A DNA stretch of 64,000 bases from the human T2T-CHM13v2.0 reference genome, Homo sapiens. This document shows, piece by piece, positions 13,169 through 26,921 of the stretch (position 1 is the first letter of the stretch; each line of letters starts with the position of its first letter). The stretch is taken from NCBI RefSeq assembly GCF_009914755.1, contig NC_060928.1. One strand, written 5' to 3'. The notes beneath the pieces were generated by a model. It ran no database searches. It was not told where the DNA came from and saw nothing but the letters and a program-made list of their open reading frames with translations. A program made the translations under genes and the position numbers.

Positions 13169-13584
13169 AGGTATGGTTTGGATGTTTTGTGTCCTCCAAA
13201 TCTCATGTTTAGATGTGACCCCCATTGTTGAAGATGGACCTAGCAGGAGATATTTAGGTCACAAGGGTAGATCCCTCATAAATGGCTTGTTGTTGTCGTT
13301 GCAGTAATGAGTGAGTCCTCACTATACGAGTTCCTGTTCTGTTTGTTTAAAAAGAGCCTGGCACCTCCTCCATCTCTCTTGCTTCTTCTCTTACCATGTG
13401 ATATACTGGCTCCCCTTCTTCCTCCCCCCCATGATTGGAAGCTTATTGAGGCCATCACCAGAAGTAGATGCCGGCACCATGTTGGTAGTACAGCCATGCA
13501 AAGCCATGAGCCAAATAAACCGTTTGTCATTATAAATTATCCAACCCAGGAATTCCTTTACAGCAATGCAAACAGACTAATACA
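13169..13584 (+). mobile_element. MST (MSTB-like) MaLR solo LTR
   Basis: TATGGTTTGGATGTTTTGTGTCCTCCAAATCTCATGTT...GATCCCTCATAAATGGCTTG...GAGCCAAATAAACC...ACAGACTAATACA. Confidence 0.92.
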
Positions 13585-15550
13585 AAGGCAATCACTGATT
13601 TTTTATTATAGGTATTACTCCCTGGTAATGTGTCTATTTTCTTGAAAGGAGTTACTTGTTTGTTATTTTTAACTATTATTTCAAACAACCTTGGTTAATA
13701 TTCTGTAAGTTATTTTAAAGATAAAAATTTATTTTTTAATTCTTAAGATGTGTTTTATTATTTCCATTTTATATATTTTTTCTTTAAGTGCTTTGTTTTC
13801 TCAGCCTAGAACTCTCACTTCAAAGAATTCTAAAACATTTACCAGTTTGGAGGGATGTGTCTGTTTTACACACTTTCTTTCATATTTCTCCACCCTGATT
13901 TTTGTCAGTGGACTCAGACTTTCTTAGATTGACCTTCTACCATAGTATTAGAATTTTTAATTATTTTTATTCAGATTAATATATTTTAAATTTTGTAAGA
14001 TGTTTTTACTTCCAGCTATGCTCATCTGTGTTGCTGGTACTGGCATTTTACGTAACAGCTTTCACTCATCTCAGGGACATGATCTCCTCTCCAATTTTCG
14101 AGAAAATTCTTTCCTTTAAATATTGTCTTCTGTTGTACTGTTAGTTCTCTTATACTAGTCCTGTTTTCTCATTTCTTGAGTTTGGTGCCTCTTTATCATT
14201 GTGTTCATTTACTTTAAAATTTTAATTTTTTTGTTTTCTATAGTGTTTGCATTTAATAAAGTATTTAGCTACCTACCCATTTAGCAATAGGGATTGACTA
14301 CTTTATGTGCCACCAGATACTACTAGGAATGGCCATTAAAGTTTCTGTCTCATGGTGATGTACTACAGTGAAGGGGGAATTAGTAAAACCAGATGAAAAC
14401 AAGTCTTCAAATAAACTTCCAATTTTACTTTTATATGTACATTAAATAAACAGCTTGATGAGCTAGTCAGTTACAGGCAATGGTGCTACTTTGAGAGAGT
14501 AATTATTCATATTATCATAGATTTCAGGTTTGCATATATTTATTTTCTGTTTCTTCTAGCCTTTCTCTATTTTCATGGCCTCTGGGATAGAGTGTTCTCA
14601 TTTTTTTAAGTTGTGGAGTCTTTTCATTTATGGGCTAGTCAACTGGAGGCATTGTTCTGCCATTTTAAGTCAAGGCCCATGTTTCTTGTTCTTGCCTAAG
14701 GAAAGGATTGTTGTTGACTACTGGTAGGTACAATTTATTTTCTCCCAAGTTATAGCATCAACAGAGCTATTCTACTATTTGAGCTTACAGCTTGTTAAAC
14801 CTATTGCATTTTCTTGCTAATCAAATTATTTCTGCTTTCAGTCTTTCAAGAATTTTCATATTTTCAGATCTAATATGAATGTTATTTTTCTTCATCAAAG
14901 CATGAATTATTTTTAAGTACACATGGCCTTCATTTCTATGCATATGTGGTCAGAAAAGGAGGCTGTAGGCAGGTATTATACCTAATCTTCCATCCTGACA
15001 CAATGCCGTTTCCTGGGACACTTTGTTTTGTACACCTTTGGTCATGTAAGATGTGGCAGGTTTATTAGGTATGAGTTGAAAACAATACAAGCAAGTAGGG
15101 TGCTGAAACTCACATTTGCCTTCCCAGCAAAAAGCAATCATTGCCTCCCTTATAGAAAAAGGTAAACACGGTAAGGCTCTCATACCACAAAATCAATCCT
15201 ATGTACACTAAAATATGCTGAAGGGTTAGATAGTGACCTCTATCCCATTTTTGTTTGAGTCTGAATATTTATGTCCTGTTATCTCATCATTGGCAGTCTC
15301 AGTTTTAAAATTTTCTTCTACTAGGGTCTCTTCAGAAAGAAATTCTAGTAGGAGAAATTTATGTGGAGTACAGAGTAGACAACCAGACATGCAGCATCTC
15401 TATTTCTCAGTGGTTGTGTAGATGTGTCTCTCCTGTGTGACTCTTATAACATCTGAACTTGTCTTTTTTCACTGGTTGGTAGCTTATTGGTATTAGGCTC
15501 AAATTTTTGCTGGCTCAAATTATGTCCTTCTAGTTTCTAGCACTGTGGCC

Positions 15551-16054
15551 AGTCAATAACTGTGGAGTCTGAGTTTATACTTTACTTGCATACTAACAAG
15601 TTAACCAGCCCACATTTCATGGATGCAGACAGAAGACATGAGAATCCTGAGTACAGACCAAAAACTTTATCACTTATCCATGGAAGGCTGCATGAGCTTC
15701 TTGCTCAACTTGGATTTCTATGGGGATGATGTAGGTGGACCTAGAAGAATGCTATTGAAATAGTGGCTTTGTGCCCCAGCTGAAGAAATTTAAGTTTAAG
15801 AAACCACAATTTTTCATAATGTTTACAACCACACCTTACTTTTTTCCTCAAAGAGAGACACTGTCTCTATTATACAGGACACAAACTAAGCTGCCCTCTG
15901 TTCCATAGTGAGACACAATTTCTAGTTTCCAAAGATGCTTGCTTTACAAACATCCTTGAAATGACAGTCCAGAACAAAAATTGTCAGTGCATCATGAATC
16001 TGAGTGTAAGATATTCAGAAATGAGAGAGGCACAGAGAGAATTGCCTTTTAACA
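15551..16054 (-). mobile_element. LTR40-like ERVL solo LTR
   Basis: GTCAATAACTGTGGAGTCTGAG...ACTTGCATACTAACAAGTTA...ACAAACATCCTTGAAA...GTCCAGAACAAA...GTCAGTGC...GAGAATTGCCTTTTAACA. Confidence 0.8.
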
Positions 16055-19000
16055 TTGCAACCCAAAACTTCAACGTTTATATAAATGAAGGAATAAGGAA
16101 TTGAATCATTGCTTATACTTAATGACATTTATAAAATTTTATTTAAATATCTATCTGTGTGTTTTAGCTTATTTGGAGAATTTCCACAAATATATATATG
16201 TTATTTAAGAGCAAAGAAAAAATTGGCACTTCATATTTCTGAATAATTAGCATATTTATAATAATTTTTAGACATGTTTTACAAAGGATTTCTTAGCACA
16301 AAACTGTCTAATATTATTCATCTCTATTAATGATATAAACCTTAAACATAGTTATTTTTCATTTAATTAGACACAAGCTGTAAAATCAATGCTACATCCT
16401 TTTGGGAAAATTACATAGGGAGTGCATTTTTCAATAAGCAATTAAATAATTACTATTTATTGAAATTGAGTAAACTACAAATGGTGACATGTATAATATA
16501 TAAAAACTAAATTAATGGTGAAAAGGATAAATTTCCAAAGTACATTTGGTTGATCTGTCTTCATGTGGATGCTGGTATATGTATGTGTTTTTATGTATGC
16601 ATGCATGTATGTACTACATAAATATCTTCCAGTTAAGTCTAACTTATTTCATTTGGTGACTGGGAAGTAATCTCTTTGCTCAGTAAGTCTGTTACTGAAG
16701 GTCTGAGGCTACTGTAAGTCATATTCAGTCTTGTTAGCACTATCAAACCTGCTGGTCCCTTTTAGCTGATATGACCCAAGGAGTACTCAGCTGAAGTGAA
16801 AATATTCACTACCAACTTCAGTAATATCTTTCCTTTGATCCCAGGTCTGGACTATATATCCCATAATTTGTGCTGCATAATCACTCTCTTCAGCTTTGTT
16901 CTGCAGAGATTTGGGTAAAGAACTTTTATTTTTAAAGGAAAACTCTTAAACAAACTTTCTTTGAAATTTGTTGCATTTGAAACAAGACACTGTAGTAGTT
17001 TAAAACCTCATTTGGTCATGAGTTGAAATGTGTCATTGACTGCTTTATTCTGGAAAAACTATCTTTAAAAATTTTGTTTTTCAGTGTACATGTATATTGT
17101 TTGCTCACCCTCCTAATACACTGAATGCTATTTAAGTAGCAAAAACATGGTAGTAAGAATAGTCTCTCATCATTTAAAAAATCCAACTGCAGTGATTGTT
17201 ACCACGGAAAGTACTTAAAGCAATGAAATGGAAGAGAAAATATATCTTTTACATATACTATTCAGTAGTAGCATTCAAAAGTGTTTGTGGCTTAGCAATG
17301 TAAGTTCCTCCCTTAAATGGCTTATCGAAAAACTTTATATTTAGTTTGATATTCTCTTTAAAGAGGAGTTGTTTCTCCTTAATAAGATACTGGAATAATA
17401 TAAAAGTTTCACTCACATTTCCCAGTAGCTGGGAATGCTTTAATCAAAGCATTGTTTTTTTAAATGGATTTACACATAGAACTGCTTTATGAGCTTGATG
17501 TGATATTTTATCATTGTCTACATTATATATGACATATTTCATATAATACATGTATAATATATATAAAAATTTGTAAAGACTAACTTGTAAAACACTCTAT
17601 TGGCTTATTAATTTTAATATAAGAATGATGAACAAAAATACTGTCATGTTTTGCCTACTTAAGATGACTCAATTAGAAATGCAAATTATAATTTATACAA
17701 AATCTAATACATTCATTAACATATTTAAATATTTTATTGAACAATTATAATTAAAACTAAATTAAATCCTCTTATATATATCTTGAGTTAATAACTTCCA
17801 CTGGTAAATGATTTTTAAGTTTTTTTCTTGTATTCTACACATTCAAAAAAGGTTAAAATTACAAATAAACATCTAAATAAATTATCTAAAAGTGAACACC
17901 TGTACACTACTATTTCAAAATAGATCATTGCCATCATCACAGAAGTTCCCTTCATACCAACACAGATGGGTCTGAGTGGTCAAAGTTGGTATCCTGAACT
18001 TTCAAGAAGAGGGTCCCTGGACTTTACACAATGGAGCTGAAAGCCCAGAACTCCTCACTACATGACTAAAGTTGGACTGGAAATGGACCAGCTGTCATGG
18101 AGGTTAAAGTATAGTTTCAAATCACTTTAATCTCTAAGCTGAGATAAAGGTATATATATGAATTTTCTTGAATCATTTTTAGTTAATTAAAATACAAAAT
18201 TCGCCAAATTGTTTTTCTACTAATGTAAACCCTAATCAACATATTCAAAATAAGTATTATTTTTAATTAGACTATATTCCATCTTTGTCTACAATCCAAA
18301 AAGAATAACAAATGTCCTAAATGCCCATCAACAGAGAAATGCTAAATAAATAATGCTTTGCTTAAAATTTATACTACATAAATAATTTCTAAAACAAGTT
18401 GTATCTATATTTCACAGCTGAAAGACTTGCCATAATGTATTATTAAGTGAGAAAAGTAAGTTGCAGAGTGATATATCTATAGGTTCACAATGCATTATTT
18501 GTACTTCAAAATCTCTCCCATGAGTTGTTGAATTTTTTCAATAATGTAATTTGCTGTAAACTCATTTGCTGATAACTGTAGCTTGAACTGATGTAAGGTT
18601 CTTTATACTATTTGTTTACTTTACTAGGTGTAAAATTTCATATACTGCACTGCAGACATATTGATGTGTTTGATAAAGGGGCACTGCACAAGTCCTACTG
18701 AGTTACTTACATCACATCACTCTTCTGAAGTCTAAATAAAATCCTTAATTCTGAAACATATCCAGTGCCAAGGTTTTCATATATGTGATTGCGGACATGA
18801 AACATGACTCTATTTTCAGAAAATAACCAACAATCCAGTAAATATATTTCAAATATTTTTGTACATACATATGAAAATAGGTAATTATATAAATACATAT
18901 ATACCATGCTATTAACATTATTTACTTCAGAAGACGTGGAAGTAGTTATATTTAAAGTTTAACACTCTAAATTATATATCCTACATGATTTCATTATAGA

Positions 19001-19652
19001 TAATGTTGAAATTCTGTAACTTCAGTGTTTGAAATAACAATTTATATGACAACCATTTTCCTTACCATGTACTTAATTGACATGAACAGAATCTTTGCTT
19101 CCATGAGGCATGAAATGTCCACTACATTTTATGCTCTACCTGTGCTTTCCTTGAAAACTTCTTGGGCTCTTTCATCCATCAGTAAATTCTCACTGGCTTC
19201 ATTTCTTCCTAGCCTCAACCACCCACCATATTTCTGAGTCCACTCCTCTCTCATCAGAAACCTGTCTTCTTAGCTCATTTTGCAAATATGTCTGTTGTTT
19301 ATTTTTCAAACTTCCTACTAATTTCTAATGTTAGTAATTTAATTTTTCTTATTTTAAGCCTCACTCACCCATCTAATCCTTGAGGTGCCATAGTTTTATA
19401 TTGAAAAGGAACCATAAATATGTCCTGTACTGTACTTCCCCTGAGATATTTTTATAACTGCATCAAACTTTAAAAAAATGCATACACGTTGAATAAGAAA
19501 TAAATATAATACATCAAAAAAAGCACGTCTCTGACATCATTGCACCATGGCAAAAATTAAAATGAATGTTAATATTAGAACACAGCAATAACAATTACAT
19601 GAGAAAAATGCAGTTAAAGTTCACAGAATACTACATATACTATTTTGATATA

Positions 19653-19968
19653 CAGTCATCATTTACTTAATGAGAGAAATATGTTCTGTGAAACACATCA
19701 AGTGATTTCATCATTGTGCAAGCATCATAAAGGGTATAAACGTAGATGGTATAGCCTACCACACACCCTGGCTATAGGGTATAGCCTATTGCTCTTAGGC
19801 TGTAAAAATCTGTACAGCATGTTACCATGGGCAATTGTAACACAATTAAGGATTTGTGTATTTAAACATAGAAAAAGTACAGATAGAATACAGTATTATA
19901 CTCCTACAGGACCACTATCCTAATGTGGTTCGTTATTGAACAAAATGTTTTTACATTGTGTGTGACTG
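19653..19968 (+). mobile_element. Tigger3a (MER7A/GOLEM_A) DNA transposon
   Basis: TA|CAGTCAT...GTGACTG|TA termini with TA target duplication; internal TAGATGGTATAGCCTACCACACACC and GGTATAGCCTATTGCTC. Confidence 0.9.
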
Positions 19969-21911
19969 TATTTCAACTATATGTAACTAATTTACATATT
20001 TATATTCTGGTATATCCACATACATAATTTAAATATATATAATCTCACAAATATCTATATAGGAAATATTCAAACAGTATTTAGTTTTATTATTCAATAA
20101 TTGTGTTTGTTTATTTTTACAAATTGGGAGTCTAGAAAATTCAGTTTTAGAATATGAGATTGGCCACATTTGTATATTGGTTTCTTGATTATTTTATATT
20201 TTACATATGAATTTTATTAAATATATTACATTTATCAACATATGTATACACACATACACACACACACACACACATATATGAACTCTAATTATTTTAATAT
20301 TGGAGGTTACTGAAATTTTTTGGGTGAGTATATTAAATTTCCCAACCTTTATGGAAGATGATTTTTAAAACCAGGTTAAACCCACTGGAGTGTCTATGTT
20401 TATGATAATAACTATAAAGTATTCATTATGGAAAGAAAATCAGCTGATAAAAGCTAATAGAGAGACAGACTTTAAATTAGACTTTGATCTCAATCTATGG
20501 CAATGTACCCAACTCCTAGAATTCAAGAATTCACTTATTTAAATTAAGTGAATAAATCATGTTTCACTGTCAACCAGTTATTTTTTTTGGATTATTTAAA
20601 TTTCTGGTTTATTCAGTTGCTGTTCTCTTTTATTTGTGTAGATGAACTTTTATTATTCTATGATTCCTTCTTTGAATATTAAATGTAGGACTAAATAGCT
20701 AGATAATGTCCTGGAAATATATTTTAGAAAGCCATTCACTTTTGGAATCAGATTAGCTGTTATTTTGTTCCATTTAAATAAACTCTATTATTATAAATTT
20801 ATGTTAGTATGTATTTTCAGCTTTTGTATTAAACATCGAAGCAATCACTAGTTTTAAACCATAAAGATGTCTCTTGGAATATTTAGTATAATTTTGTTTA
20901 TGGAAATCATCTAAATGTTTTATTTTTAGGTCACGAAGGCCAGATTGAAGTAATCTTTGGCAGCTTTACATAAACTGTAAATGGATTCATTCCATCCTGC
21001 AATTAGACAGATCTACCTATAGCAGCCAAGTCATCTAATGAAACACCTGTGGACTGAAAAATAGAATATATACAGTCCATGCTTTCTGTGTGTGTGTATG
21101 TTTATATATAAAAATATATATATATAAAATATGTATGAGAGTTGTATTTAAATTTCCTAAACTATGGGATTTATCTTTTTAATTGAGTGACAGCCTGGAC
21201 CAGAATGTATTTATTTGTCCTATTTATGATAACTGCTTAGAGAAGCATTAATATGCAGCTTTTGTGACTTGTGTTTAGAAATGTTATTCTTATGAATTAA
21301 GTGACAGTATCAATTGTCACACACAGTGACCGTATATCAAGGAATTACACTAGCATTAGGTAGAACAGCAGGTCCATTTGTTCAAATGTTCACTGAACAT
21401 ATGAGTGATTTTCTCTAACAAGGTCTCCAGGGAACCCGCTTGCATCCATCACTGCCTGCACTCTAACTGGAAGATAACTATTTTAAACTCCTGCTAAAAT
21501 ATGTGATGTTTTAGGATTGAAAGAAATTGTATGTCAGGAGCCAGAGAGAAATATACTGTCGAAGTATACCAGAGAAATTCAAACAGACACCAGTAACTGC
21601 TTATGTAATCAAATTTTCATTTTTGTTCTTGTATTTTATATGTTATAATTATATGTGATAAAAAATAAGAAAAACATAACACTTCAAAAGATTATTCTAC
21701 CATAAAATTAAACACTTTTGGTTTCCCTAAAATGTTTTCACACAGCTACCATTTTAAGGTCCAAATGAATATAAAACACAAACACATTTTATATATATGC
21801 AATACAATATGCTAGCATTTTGCTGAATTCATTATTTATTCTATAATTAATTTCCTTTTTTCATGGGGCTTATATTCTAGTAAAGAAGAAAGCCTTTAAT
21901 TGGCGAATATC

Positions 21912-22365
21912 ATGCCAGATACACCCTAAGGTGGACCCTAATGATTCATGTTTTTGTAAAACACCTTCCCTTTAAATATATGTGGTTGCTGTGACTTGTT
22001 TTTACCTAACAGAATATGAAAAAATTAATGAGCAGTCATTCCCTTAATTAGGTTGTGTTACACGAAACTCCATGTTAGCACGCTAGAACAAAACAGATTC
22101 TCCTTGCTGGCTTTACAAAAGCAAACTGCCATGTGATGAGCTAACTCTGGAGAAGGTGGTGAAGACTACAGGATACAAGATTGTGGTCTACCTCTAGAAC
22201 CTGAGAGCAGGTCCAGTCATAGCCTACAAGGACTGGGTAACCAGAGGACCCAGATAAACTAGAGTTGAACACTTGACTCATGGAAATGCTGAGATAGCAA
22301 ATGTACCTTTTTTTTAAGCCACTGAGTTTTTAGTAGTTTGATTTACAGCGCAAAAATATTTAACA
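21912..22365 (+). mobile_element. MLT1 (E/F-like) MaLR LTR
   Basis: CTAAGGTGGACCCTAATGATTC, TGTGACTTGTTTTTACCTAACAGAATATG, CTCCTTGCTGGCTTT, TTTTAAGCCACTGAGTTT. Confidence 0.8.
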
Positions 22366-22439
22366 CTATATATATATATTTATTCATTTAGGATTAATTT
22401 TAGTGCATTTGCTTGTGTACCTTGAAGTGGCATTAATGT

Positions 22440-23270
22440 TCTACCAGTTTGGTTATGAAGGTTGAATTCAATATTTGACTACCATATATTAGGTTGAAAT
22501 GTCAGGACATTCTGGAAATAATTTAAATGAAAGAGTCCAAAGATTCAGGGAGACGATAATGTAAAATGTTCAAGGTGTTTATCATCTCTTAACCATATTT
22601 CTGAATGATAGAGATGAATACCTCTTCTATTTGGGCATTAATAGATGTTGACTATCATTGGAAAGCTATATGTGGGCTGTCTTCTGTAGGCAGGAGATTA
22701 TGCAGGGAAGGCTGACATGGAAATGGGCTCTCTTGCCTCAGTGGAATTAATGGGATTCAATTATAAGAGAGGTTTGGAGTGATATTAACTCTCAAACATA
22801 AAGTGAATTCACTACCATGGCAAACTAATGGACAATGAGTATACAGGGTGTTTTTATAGATGTGCAAACTGTTTAGAAATATATTGAAGGATAAACTCTT
22901 GAAATGTATTGTTGGAGGAAATATAGGCCTGATAAGCCAAGAAACAATCAGAATTGACATAGAAGGGACTTATAGTTTATTAATCTATTCCAAATGCAAG
23001 CCTGTTTACTTTCCCAGAGCCACTCAATTAAAGGAAAATCCTAGCCTCTTTTACAATACATCCACTGGTCTACACCCAGACTCTTTACTCAAGCCTTTCT
23101 CCAAAGTATTGCCACCATTTATAAGATGACCACATTGGATAAAATGTGATTTTATCTTTAATTGAAATTAATAGGTACTGGTCCTGTAGTGATACTAATC
23201 TCTGGTGACCAACATGTCACCACGGTGTATTAGTAGAAGACTATGAAGAAGATACGATAAAGATGTTCTG
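22440..23270 (+). mobile_element. ERVL internal remnant (gag-pro region), non-coding
   Basis: TCCAAAGATTCAGGGAGA and GGAAATGGGCTCTCT...AATGGGA resemble ERVL gag; 23168-23212 translates LIGTGPVVILISGDQ, similar to the ERVL protease motif LLDTGSELTLIPGDP as recalled. Confidence 0.6.
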
Positions 23271-23284
23271 GGAATCTGGTAATC

Positions 23285-23630
23285 TAATGCTGTGTAACTC
23301 TATTACATGGTAGCTTAAAACAACAATGACTATTTATTTTGGTCTCAGAAATTCAATTTGGACCTGGACCAGCGAGCCAGCAAGATGTCTTGTCTCTCCT
23401 TCAGCCAGTGTCAACTTTGTCACCTGAAAGAGCTCAACTTGAGCTGGAATAGCCACTTTGAATATGGGTATGACACATGAATGGAAAGTTGGTGTTGGCT
23501 ATCAGCCAGGAGCTTAGACTGAGCAGTTCCCCATGAGCCTGCATTCTTCTCCATATGAATCTATCCTCAGTATTAATTGGGCTTCGTCACAGAATGGTAG
23601 GTGTGTTCAATATAAGATTATTTAAGAAGA
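23285..23630 (-). mobile_element. MLT1-family LTR fragment
   Basis: TGCTGTGTAAC...GTAGCTTAAAACAACAATGA...TGGAAAGTTGGTGTTGGCTATCAGCCAGGAGCT. Confidence 0.7.
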
Positions 23631-24053
23631 TATCTTAGTTTGTTCCTGCTCTGATAACAAAATATCACAGACTAGATAATTGTTCCTGCTCCGATAACAA
23701 AATATCACAGACTGGATAATTTTAAAGAATAGAAATTTATTTTCTCCTAGTTCTGTAGGATGGGAAGTCCAAGATCAAGCTTCCAGCAGATTCAGTGTCT
23801 GATGAGGACTGTTCTCTGCTTCCAATATGCCACTTCTTGCTGTGTCCTCACATGGTGAAAGTGGGAAGAGCAAAAGGGCCAAAAAGACCTAGTCAGTTCC
23901 CTCCAATTCCTTGTATAAGGCACCCAATTCCATTCATGAGGACTCTGCCCTCAAGACTTAATCACCTCCTAAAGACCCATTTCTGAATGCTATCATATTG
24001 GAGTTAATTCAACCTATGAATTCTGGAGAGACACATATGTTCAAACCATAGCA
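23631..24053 (-). mobile_element. MST/MLT1A-type MaLR solo LTR with internal 40-bp tandem duplication
   Basis: TATCTTAGTTTGTTCCTGCT...GGAAGTCCAAGATCAAG...CAGATTCAGTGTCTGATGAGG...TAATCACCTCCTAAAG...TTCAAACCATAGCA. Confidence 0.9.
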
Positions 24054-26499
24054 GAAACAACAGAGACCACACCTTTCAATCTTGGTTGAAAACAGAGAGA
24101 TTAGAGACTCATCCTTGATTGCTTTTCCAAATCTTAGAATTTATATAGAAATAGTAATGAACAATAATTGGCAGAATTCCTATCCTAGTCTCCTAAATGA
24201 TTATTTTAAAATGATATGTTAAGTGGAAGAATATTAATTCTGCTCCTTCTACCTCAAGCAAGAAGGGTAAGCAGAAAAGAAATATAACATCCCAAGAAGA
24301 ATTGTAGAAATCAGGGTGTCACAATCCAAGACTTTGTGCAAGAGCAATGATTTTTACCATATCCTCAATTTTATAGCTAATTACTTTGGACATTGCAAAA
24401 GAAAAATGAATCATAGGGAATATTGTGTAGTATTTATATTTAAATTACAAATACATCCTGGAAAGCCAAACATAGTTTATGTTCAGCAGCTGGATTCACA
24501 AATAAAAGACATTTTTCTAAACAAAATCTAAGGTTGATAAAGTAAGGGTTTACTTACTCTGGGTCAAACTCTCATATAAATATCAGACCAGATATTAACA
24601 TAACTTAATTGATGATTTAATTCAGAAATATTTATTGTTTGCTTACAAAGTACTTGAGATACTGTGGAAAGCAGGAGAAATACTCTTTGCCCTCAAGGAG
24701 CTTTTATTTCAATTGGGAAAAAGTAAAGTTAATAAATATAAATTGCTAGACATCACATACTCTATGTGGCATCACAAAATTCTCTAAGTAGTTTAGATAC
24801 TTTTAGGTTTTTAAAATGGAGTGGCAAAGAAAAACCAAAAGAAATGCTCCTCAAACAAGTTTAACAACACAAATAAGATATATGTAGGACATGAAACTGG
24901 TTCAGAAATAAAATTTTATGGCATATTATTATTCACCTTTGTTATAAAAATATGGGGACCTCAATCAGACAATTTCCTTGATAATATTGCCTTTGCTTTT
25001 ATTTAAACACTAGTTATAATGGAGTGGGCCAGGAGTCCCCAGGTCTGTGTCTCAGGAGGTATAGAGAGCAGGAGACTAGATGAAAAAAAATAAGATATTG
25101 ATTAAACACATATCTTAGCAATATGGTCGCCAACTCCACTGTTTCAAGACAAAGAGAATGAAAGCTGTCTGAGCATGTGGTTATAATATAAAGTTACAGA
25201 ATAGCACTATTCTGTTCAGTAGGATTCTTCTGAACAGAGGTCATAAGATTGGTCTTTATTCCTTCAGTTCTACGACTATCAGAATATTTCAAATTCAGAT
25301 TTTCAAAGACTGATTGTCTTTGAAAATATAAGCAATACTACCACCACCACAACCTAAAGAAAGCCTTTTAGGGAGTTTATACAGTATGAATATTCCACTT
25401 TTAAAAATAATGCCATAGTAGCACTAACCATTCTTAATGCTTTAGTTTTTATCAGCATGTGACTGAAACTTAAAAGAAAACATAAATATTAATATGCTTT
25501 TTAATATTCTTACCTGGGTTCTCCTTTTATTTAAACATTTAATGATATATATGAGGTTTTTAAAATGGGATAATTTTGAAATCATATTTGGTATATGAAA
25601 GCAAAATATATAGTAACAAATATTCTAATTAGCAGATCAATGGATTGTTTTTTCTTATATATTTAAATTAACACAATTTATTTTCAAAATCTGCCTTTAA
25701 CATTCATGATAATCATTTAAATACCTACGATTTTATTGGATGCACAACCATACAAATTTTACAGTTTTTATACACACAGGATAAATAGAAATATACTCAT
25801 ATTTATCACTGATTGCATACAAATCTTCGAATACATCTTGCACTCTCCTTGTCTTTGAAAACAAAGAAATGGGTGAATTACAATTATTATAGTAACTACT
25901 TTCCTGATATTTAAGTGCTGAATTCTGAATCAATGACAAGACCCAAAATGGTTAGTTTACATAATGTGCAGAAGTATGAAATGAAAAATCTGCAGCATAA
26001 TTACTGGCAGTTGAATAATAAATAATTTGTGCATGTTCAAACAAGTCCATTAATGTGACACATAAATTCATGAACATTTATGAGCAATTAATTTTCTGAA
26101 AGTTAGTGGAACTGGATACCTTTTATTATCTTCCTTAAAGTAAAGCTATTTATATGCTCTGACCAAGTTAAATACACTTGTGTTTATAGCCTTGATTTTC
26201 CTAACAAATATGATTTTTATCATTTCTAATAAACACTTTAAATTCTATCACAGGTTAGACTTTATAAATTTTCAATCACATGTGAATATCTAAGAGTTTC
26301 TAAAGAGTTTTTAGCTCCATTCTTTTAGCAAACGTGTCAAAACCTTTATATGAAAAGTGGGGTTTTTTTGAAAACTAATGACTAATCTCACTTCAAAAGC
26401 AATCTGAGTTTTAATACCAAATCTTCAAATATGTAGAAAAAATATTTTAAAGTTTTTTTTCTTACTTACATAGTTTTAGCAAAGTTACTTCTACTATAG

Positions 26500-26738
<239 letters not shown>

Positions 26739-26885
26739 TAAATGTCAAGTTTGAAATCAGAAAAGGTCTCACTTGAAAAAAAAAATCAGTATACCATTAA
26801 GAGCATCACTATTTTGGCAAATCTGATTAAATACTTATTTCAGAATGAATGGATTTGTCTCCTGTTTTGTTCTGGAAACGCAAGC

Positions 26886-26921
26886 ACACACACACACACA
26901 CACACACACATGCACACACAC
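26886..26921 (+). repeat. (CA)n microsatellite, interrupted
   Basis: CA run read directly. Confidence 0.95.

Noticed and set aside
16849-16868. ZNF143-like motif GGACTATATATCCCATAAT
   Set aside because: Multiple mismatches to the ACTACAnnTCCCA consensus and no promoter context.
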